64,000 bases of DNA from Caecitellus pseudoparvulus (lineage: Eukaryota; Protista; Bigyra: Bicosoecida), in contig CBFFRQ010000026.1 of NCBI GenBank assembly GCA_965644315.1, positions 1 to 64,000 on the forward strand, given 5' to 3'. The notes below the pieces were generated by a model. That model made no database searches. It saw nothing but the letters and a program-made list of their open reading frames with translations, and had not been told where the DNA came from. A program made the translations under genes and the position numbers. This document shows positions 43,673 through 56,000 of the stretch, in pieces (position 1 is the stretch's first letter; each line of letters begins with the position of its first letter).

Positions 43673-45387
43673 ATGCCACGCCGCGGAGCCAAGCGGGTGC
43701 GTTGCCAGCTGCCGCCGCCAGAGAACACCGCATGCCCGCCCGAAGCAAGACCCACGCCCCTGCCGCTCACAGACCAAGGCACGCACCCACGTGCCGGATC
43801 CGGAGGATGCCGTCGCGTCCGTGCCCCGCACCTTCGTCTTCCACCGAGGCCAGGTGAGCAGCGGCCACATCACAGGTGCAACTTCGACAGGCGATCACTG
43901 CCCCAACATGCTGTGCACAGGCGGAGAAGCCGGTACGAGAACTAGTCTCAGATATGCGCAAGCTGTTCATGCCACACACAGCCACGAAGCTGCGGGAAAC
44001 CAAGTGCGTGCCTGCGTGCGGAACTTGGGCGCTCCCATTCGATTTCCGCATGCTCTTCCCCGGCGCCCTGCCACGCAGGTCCAACTCCCTGAAGGATTTT
44101 GTGTCTGTCGCCGGCATGCTGCACGTGACACACTTCCTCATGCTGCGTGAGCGGTCCACCGGCGTGAACCTGCGCATCATGCGCGTGCCGCGAGGGCCAA
44201 CGCTCACGTTCCGCGTGCGGCGCTTCGTGCGTTGTCGGGACGTGCTGTCGGCGCAGAAGCGCCCCGCAGACGTGGCGCAGGCGTACCGCTTCCCGCCCCT
44301 GGTGGTGCTGAACGGTTTCTCTGCCGGCGGCTCCATGGGTGTGGAGGGCGCGCCAGGCAGCACCACCGACGCAGGCGCGTTGGCGCTGCAAACCATGCAG
44401 GCCACGCTGCAAGGCATGTTCCCCACCATTAACGTGCGCACAGTTGCACTGAAGCAGTGCCGGCGCGTGGTACTGTTCCACCGCGACAAGGACAGCGGGC
44501 TGGTGGAAATGCGGCATTTTCTCATCCGCGCAAACCCCGTCGGCGCCTCACGCGCTGTGCGCAAGCTGGGGCGCTCCAACGTGCCGAATTTGGGCGCACT
44601 GGGGGATGTTGCGGACTTTGTGCTGTCTGGGGGGCGCACAGGGGGCGGCGATGGCTACGCCACCTCAGACTCGGAGTTTGAAGACGAGGCAGGCCGCGTG
44701 ACGTTGCCCGCTGCGTTCGCCGGCAAAGGGAACAAAGCCGCCACGCGCTCCGCAGTGAAGCTGACGGAGCTGGGCCCGCGCCTGTCCCTGGAACTGCACA
44801 AAATCGAAGCTGGCCTGGACGAGGGGGAGGTCCTGTACAATGCCCGCGTGCACAAGTCGCCGGAGGAGGTGCTGGCCATGGCGCAGCGGCACGCCGTCGC
44901 AGCGACGGTCAAGGCGGCGCGCGTTGCCGAGCAGGCTGAGCACGTGGCTGCCAAGGAGGCCAAACGTGAGGCCAAGCGAGCAGCCAAGAAGGCACGCCGG
45001 GCGGAGCGCATGGCAGCGTTGGAGGAGGTCCTGGCGGCGGGTGGCACGGAAGGGTATGCTGCGGAAGATGAGGAGGGTGGCAGTGGGAGCGAGTCACAAC
45101 ACAGCGCCAGTGGCTCCGAGCAGGGGGCAGACAGCGCAGGGGAAGACAGTAGTGATGACGAGGGGGGTCTGGGGGAGGATTGGCAGGCGCAGCTGGAGGG
45201 TGGCAGCAGTGACAGTGACTCGGCGGCAGTGCAGAGCGGCCGAGGCACGAAACGCGCCGCCGCGGCAGCGCCACCCGCGCCTGCTCAGGGCAAGCGCCAG
45301 GCAGTGCCCAGTGCCTCTGGGATCCCCTCGCGTGCCAAGGCGCGCACTGTGCCGCTGGGCAAGGTGCTGCGCCGGCGGCGCAAGTGA
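43673..45387 (+). CDS. PPAN: Peter Pan/Ssf1 Brix-domain ribosome biogenesis protein; exons 43673-43696, 43773-43853, 43921-44003, 44079-45387
   Basis: Motifs VPRTFVFHRG, DMRKLFMPHTATKLRE, NSLKDFVSVAG.LHVTHFL, PRGPTLTF, MFPTINV, CRRVVL and AVKLTELGPRLSLELHKIEAG. Three GT-AG introns restore the frame. Confidence 0.93.
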
Positions 45388-45547
45388 GGCGGGCAGCGAC
45401 TGCGCAATTGCCGCACATGAATCACAATGCACGCGTCGCCGCCATCGCCACTGCCTGCTGTGGAACGCTGATCACTGAAGCTTACCTATTTACTTGAATC
45501 TTGTGCCGTTCTGCGGTGCTGGCGTGCATGACGGTGCGGAAAGCAGC

Positions 45548-46522
45548 ATGTCGGCGGGGCCGCTGGCCGGGCCACAACATGCGGCAGCTTTTGCTGCGTC
45601 TTTGAACGCCAGTCGGCAAGTACGCAAGGCCGCCCAGGCCATGGACGACGCAGCGCTGGATGCAGTGCTGGCGGTAAGCGACCTATCCCGGCCTGTGAAG
45701 CTGGCCTCTCGGCAGCGAGCCGGCGCGGCGCGTGTGGTGGACGGTTCAAAATCCGCGCACGCCGCCACTCTGGGCGCGAAACCCAGCAGCCTGGGGCGGC
45801 CGGAGGGCATGCTGCAGCGGCGCAAGATGTTGCAGCACTTGCAGACTCACGGCCCCTCCCGCCCCATCTTCTCCCCTCGTTCTGGGGCAAAAGACCCCCC
45901 CACGCTGCCTCGCACGGCGTGGATGCGAGCTGGCGCGACACCCACCACCTCCACACCTCGCCAACCCAGCCGCCCGCAGGCGGCGCGCACGCGCAGCACT
46001 GCGCCTGTGGAACCAGAATTTCCCGACGTGACCAAGGCACCTCTCGTGGCCCCGCCACAGCCCTCCACTCCTGACACGCCGCTTCGTGCGTTGCCACAAC
46101 AACGCGGCTCCAAGCGCCCCCGCACCTCCTCCACGGGCCGGGGGCGGGTTAGCACCGCTAGGGGCCACCGAAACCCACGCAGCCCCATGTCACAGCGCGC
46201 CTCTGGCCAGCGGCAGCGGCCGATGCAACGCAGCAGGGCTGCCAAGGCGCCCCGCCGCCGCCGCGACACGCTGCCGTTGTCGCCCGCTGCGTTGATGCGT
46301 GTGCGGAGCGACGGCAGCAGCGGTGAAGGTGGGGGGGCTGACGACAGCTGGCTGCACCGACGAGTGGCGCCGTCGTCCACCTCTCCCTCCTCGTGCAGCA
46401 GTGTGGAGGAGGTGGAGTGCGCGCCAGTGCAGTTGGCACGGTCACGGCGACCCCGCCTCGCGCTCACCGCCGTCTCACACACTGTCGTGGACCTGACACA
46501 AGACGACAGCGGCAGCGAATGA
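45548..46522 (+). CDS. Disordered basic protein ending in a SUMO-interacting-like motif
   Basis: About 325-aa Arg/Pro/Ser-rich ORF filling the gap between PPAN and DHODH. The C-terminus is VVDLTQDDSGSE. Confidence 0.55.
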   Translation: MSAGPLAGPQHAAAFAASLNASRQVRKAAQAMDDAALDAVLAVSDLSRPVKLASRQRAGAARVVDGSKSAHAATLGAKPSSLGRPEGMLQRRKMLQHLQTHGPSRPIFSPRSGAKDPPTLPRTAWMRAGATPTTSTPRQPSRPQAARTRSTAPVEPEFPDVTKAPLVAPPQPSTPDTPLRALPQQRGSKRPRTSSTGRGRVSTARGHRNPRSPMSQRASGQRQRPMQRSRAAKAPRRRRDTLPLSPAALMRVRSDGSSGEGGGADDSWLHRRVAPSSTSPSSCSSVEEVECAPVQLARSRRPRLALTAVSHTVVDLTQDDSGSE

Positions 46523-46584
46523 GTGCGTGGTGTTTTCAATGCATGGTGCGTTTGCGTTCGCTGCCGTGGCCATGCTTGCTGCAT

Positions 46585-48143
46585 TCATGCGCGCGTTTCG
46601 GGCGCGGTGGGTGCCGGCAGGGGCTTGCGCTGCACGTCCACGCCAACAGCTTCCTGCACCGACGCAAAGCCACCCTTGCGCAGCAATTCCGCGAGGTCAG
46701 TCTTGATGTCCCGCAAAACCTGTGGACCGCCCAGGGAAACGCTGGAGTACAGCTGCACGAGGCTGGCGCCGGCTCGAATCTTCTCAAACGCGTCCTCGCC
46801 CGATGAAACGCCGCCCACGCCGACGATGGGCAGCGCATGCCCCACACGGGCGTACACCTTTTTCAGCACCTCTGTCGATGGACGGAAGAGTGGCGCACCG
46901 CTCAAGCCCCCAGTCTCGGCTGCGGCAAGTGCGGGGGGGCGTGTGTGGTCCTGTCGACAGGCGCAGCAACGCAGCACGCACCTCTCGCCGGGCTGCGCAG
47001 GTACACTGGCCTGGCCACTGTCGTGTTGCTGACAATGAGGCCGTCAATTCCTGCGCATGGGGTGAGGAAATGGAGTGTCGGGGGGGTGTCCACACCAGCC
47101 AGCGCGGCCATCGGGCGGCACACACCTGTGCTGAGCGCCACGGCGCAGATGTCGTCAATTTCCGCATCCGACAGGTCTGGCGCCACCTTGACGAGCAGCG
47201 GCGGTGCGTCGCGCTGCAGGGACGAGCCCCAGGGCAGGCCATCCCGGGCTTGCACGCAGGCAGTGATGAGTTGCTGCAGCTGCTCCTGCCGCTGCAGGGA
47301 GCGCAGGCCTGGCGTGTTGGGCGAGGACACGTTCACGACGATGTAGTCGGCGTACGGCGCCATGGTGCGCACGCCGCGCGTGAAGTCCTCCACGGCGTCC
47401 CCGTCTTTGTTCTTGCCCACGTTCACGCCCACGGGGCCCAGGCGCCGCAGGGCAGCGGGGTTGTCGCTGCGCCGCCGCATGTAGCTCACCACCCGTCCCT
47501 GCACCGTGTCCAGCCCCTCGCTGTTGAAGCCGTACCGGTTCACCACGGCGCCGTCCTCGGCGAGGCGAAATACGCGGGGCTTGGCGTTGCCGGGCTGGGG
47601 CTCGGGCGTGACGGACCCCACCTCCACCGCCCCGAACCCCATGCCCAGCATACCGTCCACCGCCTCCCCGCCCTTGTCGAAGCCCGCCGCCAGGCCGATG
47701 GGGTTGCCCAGCGTCATGCCCAGCCACTCCGTCGCTAGCTCCGGCGGGTCATTGTCGGAGTCAATGGGGGCCCAGCCCCGCGCTGCCGCCTGCACGCCGG
47801 CAACGTGGGCTGTCTCGGCGTCCAGCAGGTGCACCAGGGGCATGGCGGCGTTGGCCAGCCACCAGTACGGAGCCGTGCCACGCAGGTCCTGCACGGCAAA
47901 ATGGTACGCAGCACCAAACACTGCCACGGCACCCTGGAAAGTGGGCATCGCGATTGTGGCGGCGCAGAGGGCGGGGGAAGGCTGCGGAAATCGACTCACG
48001 CTGATTTGAGCCACGCCAGACAGCACGTCCCTGCCTGTGATGGGCTGTGCCACGCGAGCACCCTGGCTCTGCCACCTGCGACAGCCAAAAGCCATGCCCC
48101 TGTGGGCTGCTACTGCGGCAACAGGCGCCCTGGACCCCAGCAT
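46585..48143 (-). CDS. DHODH: Dihydroorotate dehydrogenase (quinone), class 2, mitochondrial; exons 48143-48000, 47933-47126, 47050-46982, 46919-46585
   Basis: Motifs NPIGLAAGFDK, EVGSVTPEPQPGN.KPRVFRL, NRYGFNS, NVSSPNTPGLR (catalytic Ser), VKVAPDL, SNTT, ETGGLSG and GASLVQLYS. Arg/Ala-rich presequence. Confidence 0.95.
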
Positions 48144-48391
48144 GGCGTGGGAATCTCGGGAGGCAGGCGAAACACTGGTCCGGCAGCGTCGACCTCTTCC
48201 GCTGCACGGTCGGCGTCACACGCCCCGAAACACAAATGAAAGGCTCCAGTCTAGCAAAAGGGCCTAGAGATGTGGCTGCTGGCGTTGACGTTTGCCGCGG
48301 AGGATTGGATTTGCGCGCCAACTTCGCCTGAGCAGCAGCTTGGCTGCGCAGCTTGGGTGGCAGCCACGTGCCACCCCGCCCCGTGCCAGGC

Positions 48392-49840
48392 ATGCAGGGG
48401 GAAGGGGCAGCCGACCATGCACCAGCCCAGGTACAGGAGCCTGCACAAGGCGTGCTGTCGTGGTTGACGTGGCCCGTGCAGTGGCTGCTGGGCGCGCCTG
48501 CGCCAGCAGACGGTCGGGTGCGTCATGCAGCGAAACGCCACGGCAACGCACACGCCAGGAAGCACAGTCCCCACGTCCACCATGGCGGCAGGCACTGGCG
48601 CGGGCCTTTTCCAGCGCCATGACAGAACGCACAGGCGGGCGTGGCCCGCAGTTCCTCGAGTGTTCGTCCAAGGAAGCCATTCAGCGTGCACGGGACCAGT
48701 TCCAGCTGCTGCTGGTGTACATTCGCTCGGACCTGCACCAGGACACGCCCACTTTTGAGCAGTGCGTGGCGCGCTTGACCGCCCCCTCCCCCCAGACCAA
48801 CACACCCCTCTCACTAACTCACCCTCCCCGCCCTCCAGGGATGTGCTGAGCTCTGCGGAGGTGGCGCAGGTGCTGGGAGAGCACTTCATGGTGTGGGGCG
48901 CCGACGCCACGGCGCCAGATGGCTACGAGGCGCTGCAGATGTTCCAGGTGGGCTCCTTCCCCTACCTGGGCGTGTTCCTGCACGCCGGCGCGAACAAGGT
49001 GCAGTGCATCTGGAGCCACGAGGGGTACATGCCCGCCGCCGAGCTGGCTGCAGCGCTGGCGGCCGCCAATACCCAGGGGCGCCCCGTGGTGGAGCAGCAG
49101 CGCATGGAGGAGGAGGTGCGGCAGGCAGACCGCGCCCTGCGTGAGGAGCAGGCGGCACGGTACGAGGCGACGGTGGCGCGGGATTTGGAGCGGCAAGCGC
49201 AGCGGGAAGCGCAGGAGCAGCGGGAGTCACTCATGGAGGCGCTGCGGGAGAGCCGGCGCCTGGTGCGTGGCGCGAGCACTTGTCGCTGCAACACGCACGC
49301 CCTCACGCCCACACGCCCCCCTCCCTCCCATCACAGGCTAAGGAGGAGAGTGTGGCTGCCGCCAGGGCACGCATCGAGGCGTCCCCTGAGCCCCCCAAAC
49401 CTGACAGCCGTGGGCAGCTGCCGGACGGGTCCAAAGTGACCAGTATCCGCCTGCAGTTCCCTGATGGTACCAAGGTGCAGCGGCGGTTTCCATCCGATGC
49501 GCCCCTGCGGCTGGTGCGGGATTACGCCCTGGTGTTGCTGGCCTCCACGGGGGGTGCGACGCCCGATGACGTGGAGCTGAGCACGACCTTTCCTCGCAAG
49601 ACGTACGGCGCAGATGCCTTTGACATGACCCTGCTGGAGGCGCAGTGGCACCCCCGCGTGGTGCTGTTCGTGACGGGCCTGGAGAGCACAGACGAGGGGG
49701 AGATGCAGGCAGAGGCGGAGGCGGTGGTGTCTGGCGGCGCTGGTGCGGCAGCCAAGGCGGGTGGGGCAGGCGAGCAGCAAGGCCAGGAGCCCGCTGCGTC
49801 GCTGTCAGAGGAGGACTTGCTGGCTGGCGCCGGCAGTTGA
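48392..49840 (+). CDS. UAS + coiled-coil + UBX domain protein (FAF2/UBXD8/Ubx2-like p97 adaptor); exons 48392-48517, 48592-48761, 48839-49262, 49337-49840
   Basis: Hydrophobic hairpin (GVLSWLTWPVQWLLG), UAS-type LLLVYIRSDLH..HFMVWG..FPYLGV, coiled coil DRALREEQ..YE, and UBX IRLQFPDGTKVQRRF..LSTTFPRK. Three GTGCGT..CAG introns. Confidence 0.85.
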
Positions 49841-50005
49841 GGGGGGGGCTGGTGGTCGCCAAAACACCACGATCCAATGCATGTGGCAGCACTCGCCGCA
49901 AGAATGGGCCAGAGGGGGTGTGTCCTCGGCACACGCGCCCCGCCCAGCCAGGCTGCAGACGGCAGGCGGCGTGGCGAGAGACAGTGCTGAGAGTGTCGCT
50001 GCGGC

Positions 50006-53000
50006 ATGGCCGTGCGGCACAGCACTGCCCACACGCACCTGCACGTGGCAGCCCATGACGCGTTCACGTCCACCATCCCCAGCAGGGAGAGCATCGTCGC
50101 TTCCGCCGACCTGCACACGAAATGGCGCAGCCGCACGGAGGGCATCGCCAAGGTGGGTGCCTGCGCACGTCGCAGCGACCACGGCAAGCGCCGCAGGCCA
50201 GCAACCCCCCTGTGCGCCCTGCAACACAGGTAGCTGCGACGCTGCACTTCACCTGCATGACAGTGGACCCAGGTGAGGCACCAGGCTCCGAGCAGGCCCC
50301 ACACGCCACCAGGCCCGCCCCGCCCTCTGCCGCCTCTGCCACCAACCTGCCTGGTGCTGGTCCCGAGCGCAGCAGCGCCGACGGCGAGGGCAGCAGCGCC
50401 ATCCAGCCAGCAGGGCACGTCTTCGCAGGTCGCTCCGACGGCGCCGTGCTGGCATGGGTGGGGCGGGCGGTCGCCGGGACCGGCGCGTCCCATCGTGAGG
50501 GCCTGCTGGGGTGGCACTCTGGCCCAGTCCTGTCTTGCGCCTACCGCCGCCACGCACTGGGACCCAGTCGGCAGGGGGGCATGCTTGCGACGGGGGGGCG
50601 AGACGGTAGCATCCTCATCTTCGACCCGGTCGCAAGCGACGCCCAGCGACGCGCTCTGGACGAAGCGCAGGAGGCCGTGCTGCTTTGGCTGCGGGGGGCA
50701 GCTGCCCACCACTACTCCGTGCACAGCGCGCGACAGGGGGCGGTATCCGCCTCCTCCTCCACCCGCTTCGGCCCCACCACGGCGGGTGGACTGCCCACCG
50801 CCTCCAAGGTCGCCCGCCGTGCCGCCCTGGACATCGCAGTGCAGCGGGGCGGTGTCCCAGCGGGGGCCCCCGCCACCTCGCGTCACGAAAGCAAAGCACT
50901 GCTGCAGACCCTGGTGCGGCACAGGGGGGGTGTGGAGGCCCTGGCGTGGACGCCAGGGGGCCTGCTCCTGTCGGGGGGGGGTGACGGCATCCTCACGCTG
51001 TGGGGATGCCACCGCCCCAGCCTGGACCAGGCCCGGTCCGCCCTGGCCAGGGGGGGGGTGGCGTCCCGGAGGGGGAGGGGGGTGGGTCGGCGCCGAACCC
51101 CCCCCTGGCATCCGGAGGGGGGGGTGGCTCGGCCGTTGTGGCAACCTATGCCAACTCCCGGTCCACCGCCCATGCGTGCACGGCGGCGTTTGTGCCAGTG
51201 CAGGAGTGGAAGCTGCCGGAGAGCCAGGTGCCAACGTGTCTAGGCACTCTGGGCGTGGACGCAGGCATGGTGGTGCTGGTGGGGGACACGGGTGGCGCCC
51301 TGCACCGCTTCGAGCAGGGCACGCTGCAGCTGCAGGCGCCCAGCGAGGGGGGTGTGTCGCACGCCGAGTGGCGGCGAGGGGCGGCCCTGGACATCGCCAC
51401 CCTGCAGGGTGGTGGGGGGGCGGCGGACCTGCTGTCAGGAGCGCCTGCTGCGCGGCCAGACAGCTCCCTGTCGCTTTCCGTGCGCCTGCCGCCGTGGGAC
51501 CACCTGCTGCAGCGGGGGGGGGCGCCGTCACGGGCAACCTCCGCAAACCCCGCCCGTCCGCACCACAAGCACGAGATGTCAGCGGCGACAGCACAGGCCA
51601 TCACGGCACTGGCTCCACAGGCAGCAGCAGCGGCGGCGGCGGCGGGGGGCAAGGGTGGGTCGCCCCCCCCAGCCGACCCCGCAGCAGCCGCGGCACTGAG
51701 TGAGACGTGGGTGGGTGTGGAGCCGGTGACGCCCACGGCGTGGTGGCGCCGCTTGCATCACCTTCGCATCACGGCCGTCGTCCTGCTGCCTGAAACGCAC
51801 CACGTCGTGACGCTGTCGGCGGACCACACCTTCAAAGTGACGGACTTTGACTCCGGCGCCGTGCTGCGCACAGTGACGCACCCACACCTCTCGGCGTCCC
51901 TGCCCACCACACTGTCCCACGCTGCAGCGCAAGTGAAGGGGCAGCCAGTCAACACTGCAGCGTCCCGTGTCAACGCCGCTCACAGCCTGCACGGGCTGGG
52001 GGGCCAGACGGCCGCTGCAGCGCAGGCGGCTGACGCCCGTGCAGCGGAAACGGCGGCAGGTCGCAGCGCGTTGTCGGGCAAGGGCGCCAGCGGTGCAGCG
52101 GGCAGCAAGGACGGGCCAGGGGACCTGTATTCACACCATGCCATGTTGCACAGCTCGCTGGGCGTCTCTGCTGCCGCCGCACGGCGAGCGCGGGAAGAGG
52201 GCAGGGGCGTTTTTGTGTCGGCCACTGCCTCCGCGCTGCTGCCCCGCGTGGAGGCGTTCCTGCCAGACATCCGCGCTGGCAACCCCATCTCGTCCGGAGT
52301 GGGGCAGGGCGGAGACATTGGCGACCGCACGACGCGAGCCGCGGCTGCAGGGGGCTTCCTGGTCGGGCGTGTGCCTGAGAAGGCGTTTGAGGCCAGCTCG
52401 CCCTTTGCTGCTGCGTCAGCACAGGGCACCGCGGTGCGGACAGACTCACACCTGTCCAAGGCGGCCCACCAGCGTGCCATCCTGGGCGCTGTGAGGTCTG
52501 GGGACAGCATCGCGTCGGCCATGACCCGTGCGACCGCCCACGCAACGTCGGCGGCGGGCAAGGCAGACGCCTTTTTCCCAGCCTACGCCACGCCGCCACG
52601 CCACGGCCTTGGCGCCGCACAGGCGAGGGCGCGCGCAGCAGACCGCGGCAGTCAACTTGCCATGCGCTCTCACGGCGCGAACATGGTGTCGGCCGTCGTG
52701 AATGCCGCCGTGGCAGCACACAAAACGTCAGCATGGCGGGTGGCGCAGGAGCATTCCATGGGTGCTGGCTCGGCACTGCTGGGCGGCACACGGGCCAGGG
52801 ACGGGGATGGCCTGGGCACGGCAGCACCCACACTGGCCGGTGGCTCGGGCGGCGGGGGGAGTGGCGGCGCTTCCACGGCAGGTCGTGAATTTGTCGCGGA
52901 GGACTTTGCGCGTGTGCCGCTGTGGGCGGGCAGTGGGGAGGAGGGTGCTGAGGGCACGACGTGGGTGCGGGTTGCCGCGTCAGTTCTAGGGGGCACCACC

Positions 53001-56000
53001 GGCTCCTCCCTCCTGGCGTCCTGTGGCGTGCCGCTGTTGGACGAAGCCACCGCCAGCGACGCGCGCGTGGAGCTGCACCGCGACCCGCGATTTTCCGTGT
53101 TCTCAGCTGCACTGTGGGATGCAGGCAAACGGCAGTTGGTGCTGGGGGACCCCCTGGGGCGGTTTTACGTGTGGAGCGTGGGGGACGGGGCGGTGCTGCT
53201 GGAGGCGTCCCTCGTGCCGCTGGACGTGGCGGATCAAATGGCCCTCCTTCGCCAGGCGCACGCGGACCGCACAGACGGACGTGGCGCCGCTGCGGCAGCC
53301 ACCACCTTTGCTGCTGCCAAGCACCATGCGCGCACCATGCGGTGGTGGCGCGATGTGGACGCGCTGCGACGGGTGAAGTGCACGCCGCTGCCGTCGCCAC
53401 GTGTGCAAGGCAGTGCCCCGCTCACTCCGTCAGACGTCGACGAGGGCGTGCAGGCAGGGAGTGGCATGGACGGTGAACGAGCACAGCTGCCAGTGAAGCG
53501 CCCAGTGTTTGATTTCTCTGCAGCGCTGTCCAGCCGCAGCGGGTTGAGCGCCGCCTCTGCCGTCAGCGACGAGGCGCCCGCTGCGACGATCCCTGCAGAG
53601 GACGAGGATGTCGCCGACGACGCCCTGCTGGCGAGGGTGGGCGTGTACACTGCGGAGGACTTTGGGCACCACGCCTTTGGCATTGACCGGGTTCGCGCCG
53701 AAGCTGCGCGGAATAAGGCGGCCGGCGGCGTGGGCGTTGGCGCAGCGGCACAGGCGCAGTCCGCCGCCCTGGCAGCCATGACCCATGCAGACCGCGCCGA
53801 CATCCCGGATGACATCATGCAGCAGTCAGTGCGCAAGGTGCGTGTGGCGAAGTTCCTGGCCACCCCGAAGGAAGGCGGCGCGGTGCCTGACTCGGCAGGC
53901 GCGACCAGCCCTGCACGCGGCGACGGCGCGTCGCCCCGCCGGGGCGGCGGCATGACCGCGGCAGAGGAGGAGGTGCTGGAGACAGAGCTGGCCCGCCTGA
54001 AGTCCTCTGCATCGGCCTTTGGCTCCACCCTGTCGGGAGCTGGGCGGTGGAGGGTGTTGTCCCGCACGACGACGCGCCTCATGCGCCTGGCGGCGGAACG
54101 CAAAAACGCCGTGCACAGGGACGCCTTCACCGCCATGCCGTACACCCCCCAAGGCTCCCTCATGCGGCGCATGGCTCCAAGGGTGTCCGCTGGCTGGAGC
54201 AGCGACGAGGAAGAGCCCGGCAGCGACGACCCGTGGCTGGGCGCGGAATTCGACGCACGAGCCGACGCCGAGTCCGACGCCGCCGCCGCTGCCGCCGGCA
54301 TGGACAAGGACCCCGCAGCCTTCATTGCTGCGCTGGACCTGTCCACTGGCATGCCGCGCTGGTCGCCGTTGGCTCTGGGGCTGGCGTCGCTGCGTGTGCG
54401 CGGCTTGGTCGCCTGCCCGGCGCGGTACCTGCCCCGCCTGCACTCCAGCTCCAACCAAGGCGCCCACGGCAGCGCCATGGGCGGGGGGGCGCTGGACAGC
54501 GGCATCTCTGACAAGGTTGTCTCCAGCACTGACAGCGAGCAGAGTGACTTGTTGCTGTGCATGGGGGCGGTGCTGTGTCGACTGACAGTGAAGCAGCAGC
54601 AGCGCACGCGCAGCCACCGCAAGCACTGCGAGCCAGTCCTGCACCTGGGCACGGCGCAGCTGACCCACAAGCGGCAAGCAAGGGGTGCCAGCGCACCGGA
54701 ACACGTGCGTGTCCTGACGTCCGTCTCCTCGGACGGCTCTGTGGCGCTGTGGGACTCGCACAGCATGCAGCTGTGGGGGCGCCTCGTGCCGCCGGCGCCG
54801 GGTGTCAGCACGGCATCGGGGGGTGCCGGGAACGTCGGGCCGCATGCGTCAGTGAAGGCGTGGTTGGCCAAGCTGTCCCTGGACGAGGCGGGGCCGCGGG
54901 CTGCGGCGCAGGGCGGAGCGCCGGGCTCCAGCCGCAGTGCCGCTGCAGCGTCAGCACGGGGTGGGTCACCTGCCCCCCCCGCGAACACAGACCGCGCCCC
55001 CCCTGACAGTCCACCACGCCGGCCCAGTGCCCGACTTGGCCCGAGTCCAACACAGGACAGTCCCAACACCACCTCAGTGGCTTCCCACCACCGGCCTGGC
55101 CAGCACACGGCGCCACTTTCTAGCACGCGGCGGAAGGTGGTTGGTCTGGCCAGCGCCGGCGCCAGCGCGGTCTTCGGCGGCTCCCCCACACCCCTGGCGT
55201 CCCCCATGCGGGTGGAGCATGTGGCTTCTGCCCCAGCGCTGGCGCCGGCACCGGCAAGCGGCCTCGACACGCCGCAAAGCATGCGTGTCAGTACTGGCGG
55301 CAGTGGTGCAGGTCCCAGCCCCCGACGGCGCAAGCGCATGTCCGTCACCTTCTCCAGCACTTCCAAGGGTGAGGAGGGGCGTGAGCAGTCATCGTGGACT
55401 GGGGCAGCGGACGAGGCGGAGGGTGGGGCCACCTCTCCGGGCGTGCGCGTGGTGTCTGGCCGGTCACCTGGGAAGGAGGGGGTGGGCGCACCCCCTGGGC
55501 CCATCACACTGACCGACACGCCACCACCCCGCACCAAGCGCTCCAAGGCACCCAAACGACACCTGTCCCTGCCTGGACACGGGCGGGGCGACCCGCTGGG
55601 CACCCCGCTCCCCCCCACCACGCCCTCCCACGAAGTCGTGCCCAGTGGCAGGCTGGCTGCCATGCTGGGCGCCACACCGCGCTCCGTGCCCACTCTTCTC
55701 GCCCGCAGCACCCTGTTCAAGTCCTTCGCCGCGGCCCGCCTGACACCGGAGGAGATCGTGGATGCACTCATGTCCAACCCGCTCACCATGCAGGTGCTGC
55801 GGCAGTGGGGAGGGGGGGGGGGACCCGTCACCCCCTCCGCCGCCTCGGGGAGTCAGTGGGCGAGTAACATCTCATCCCGAGCGGCGCTGGACCTGCTGGC
55901 GGGGCCTGAGGGCGCCCTGGCCATCGCGACGGTGCTGGCGTCTGGGGCGGGCGGGTCGCTGGGCCGGTCGCAGCGACGGGGGGACGCCCCGCCCCCATCC

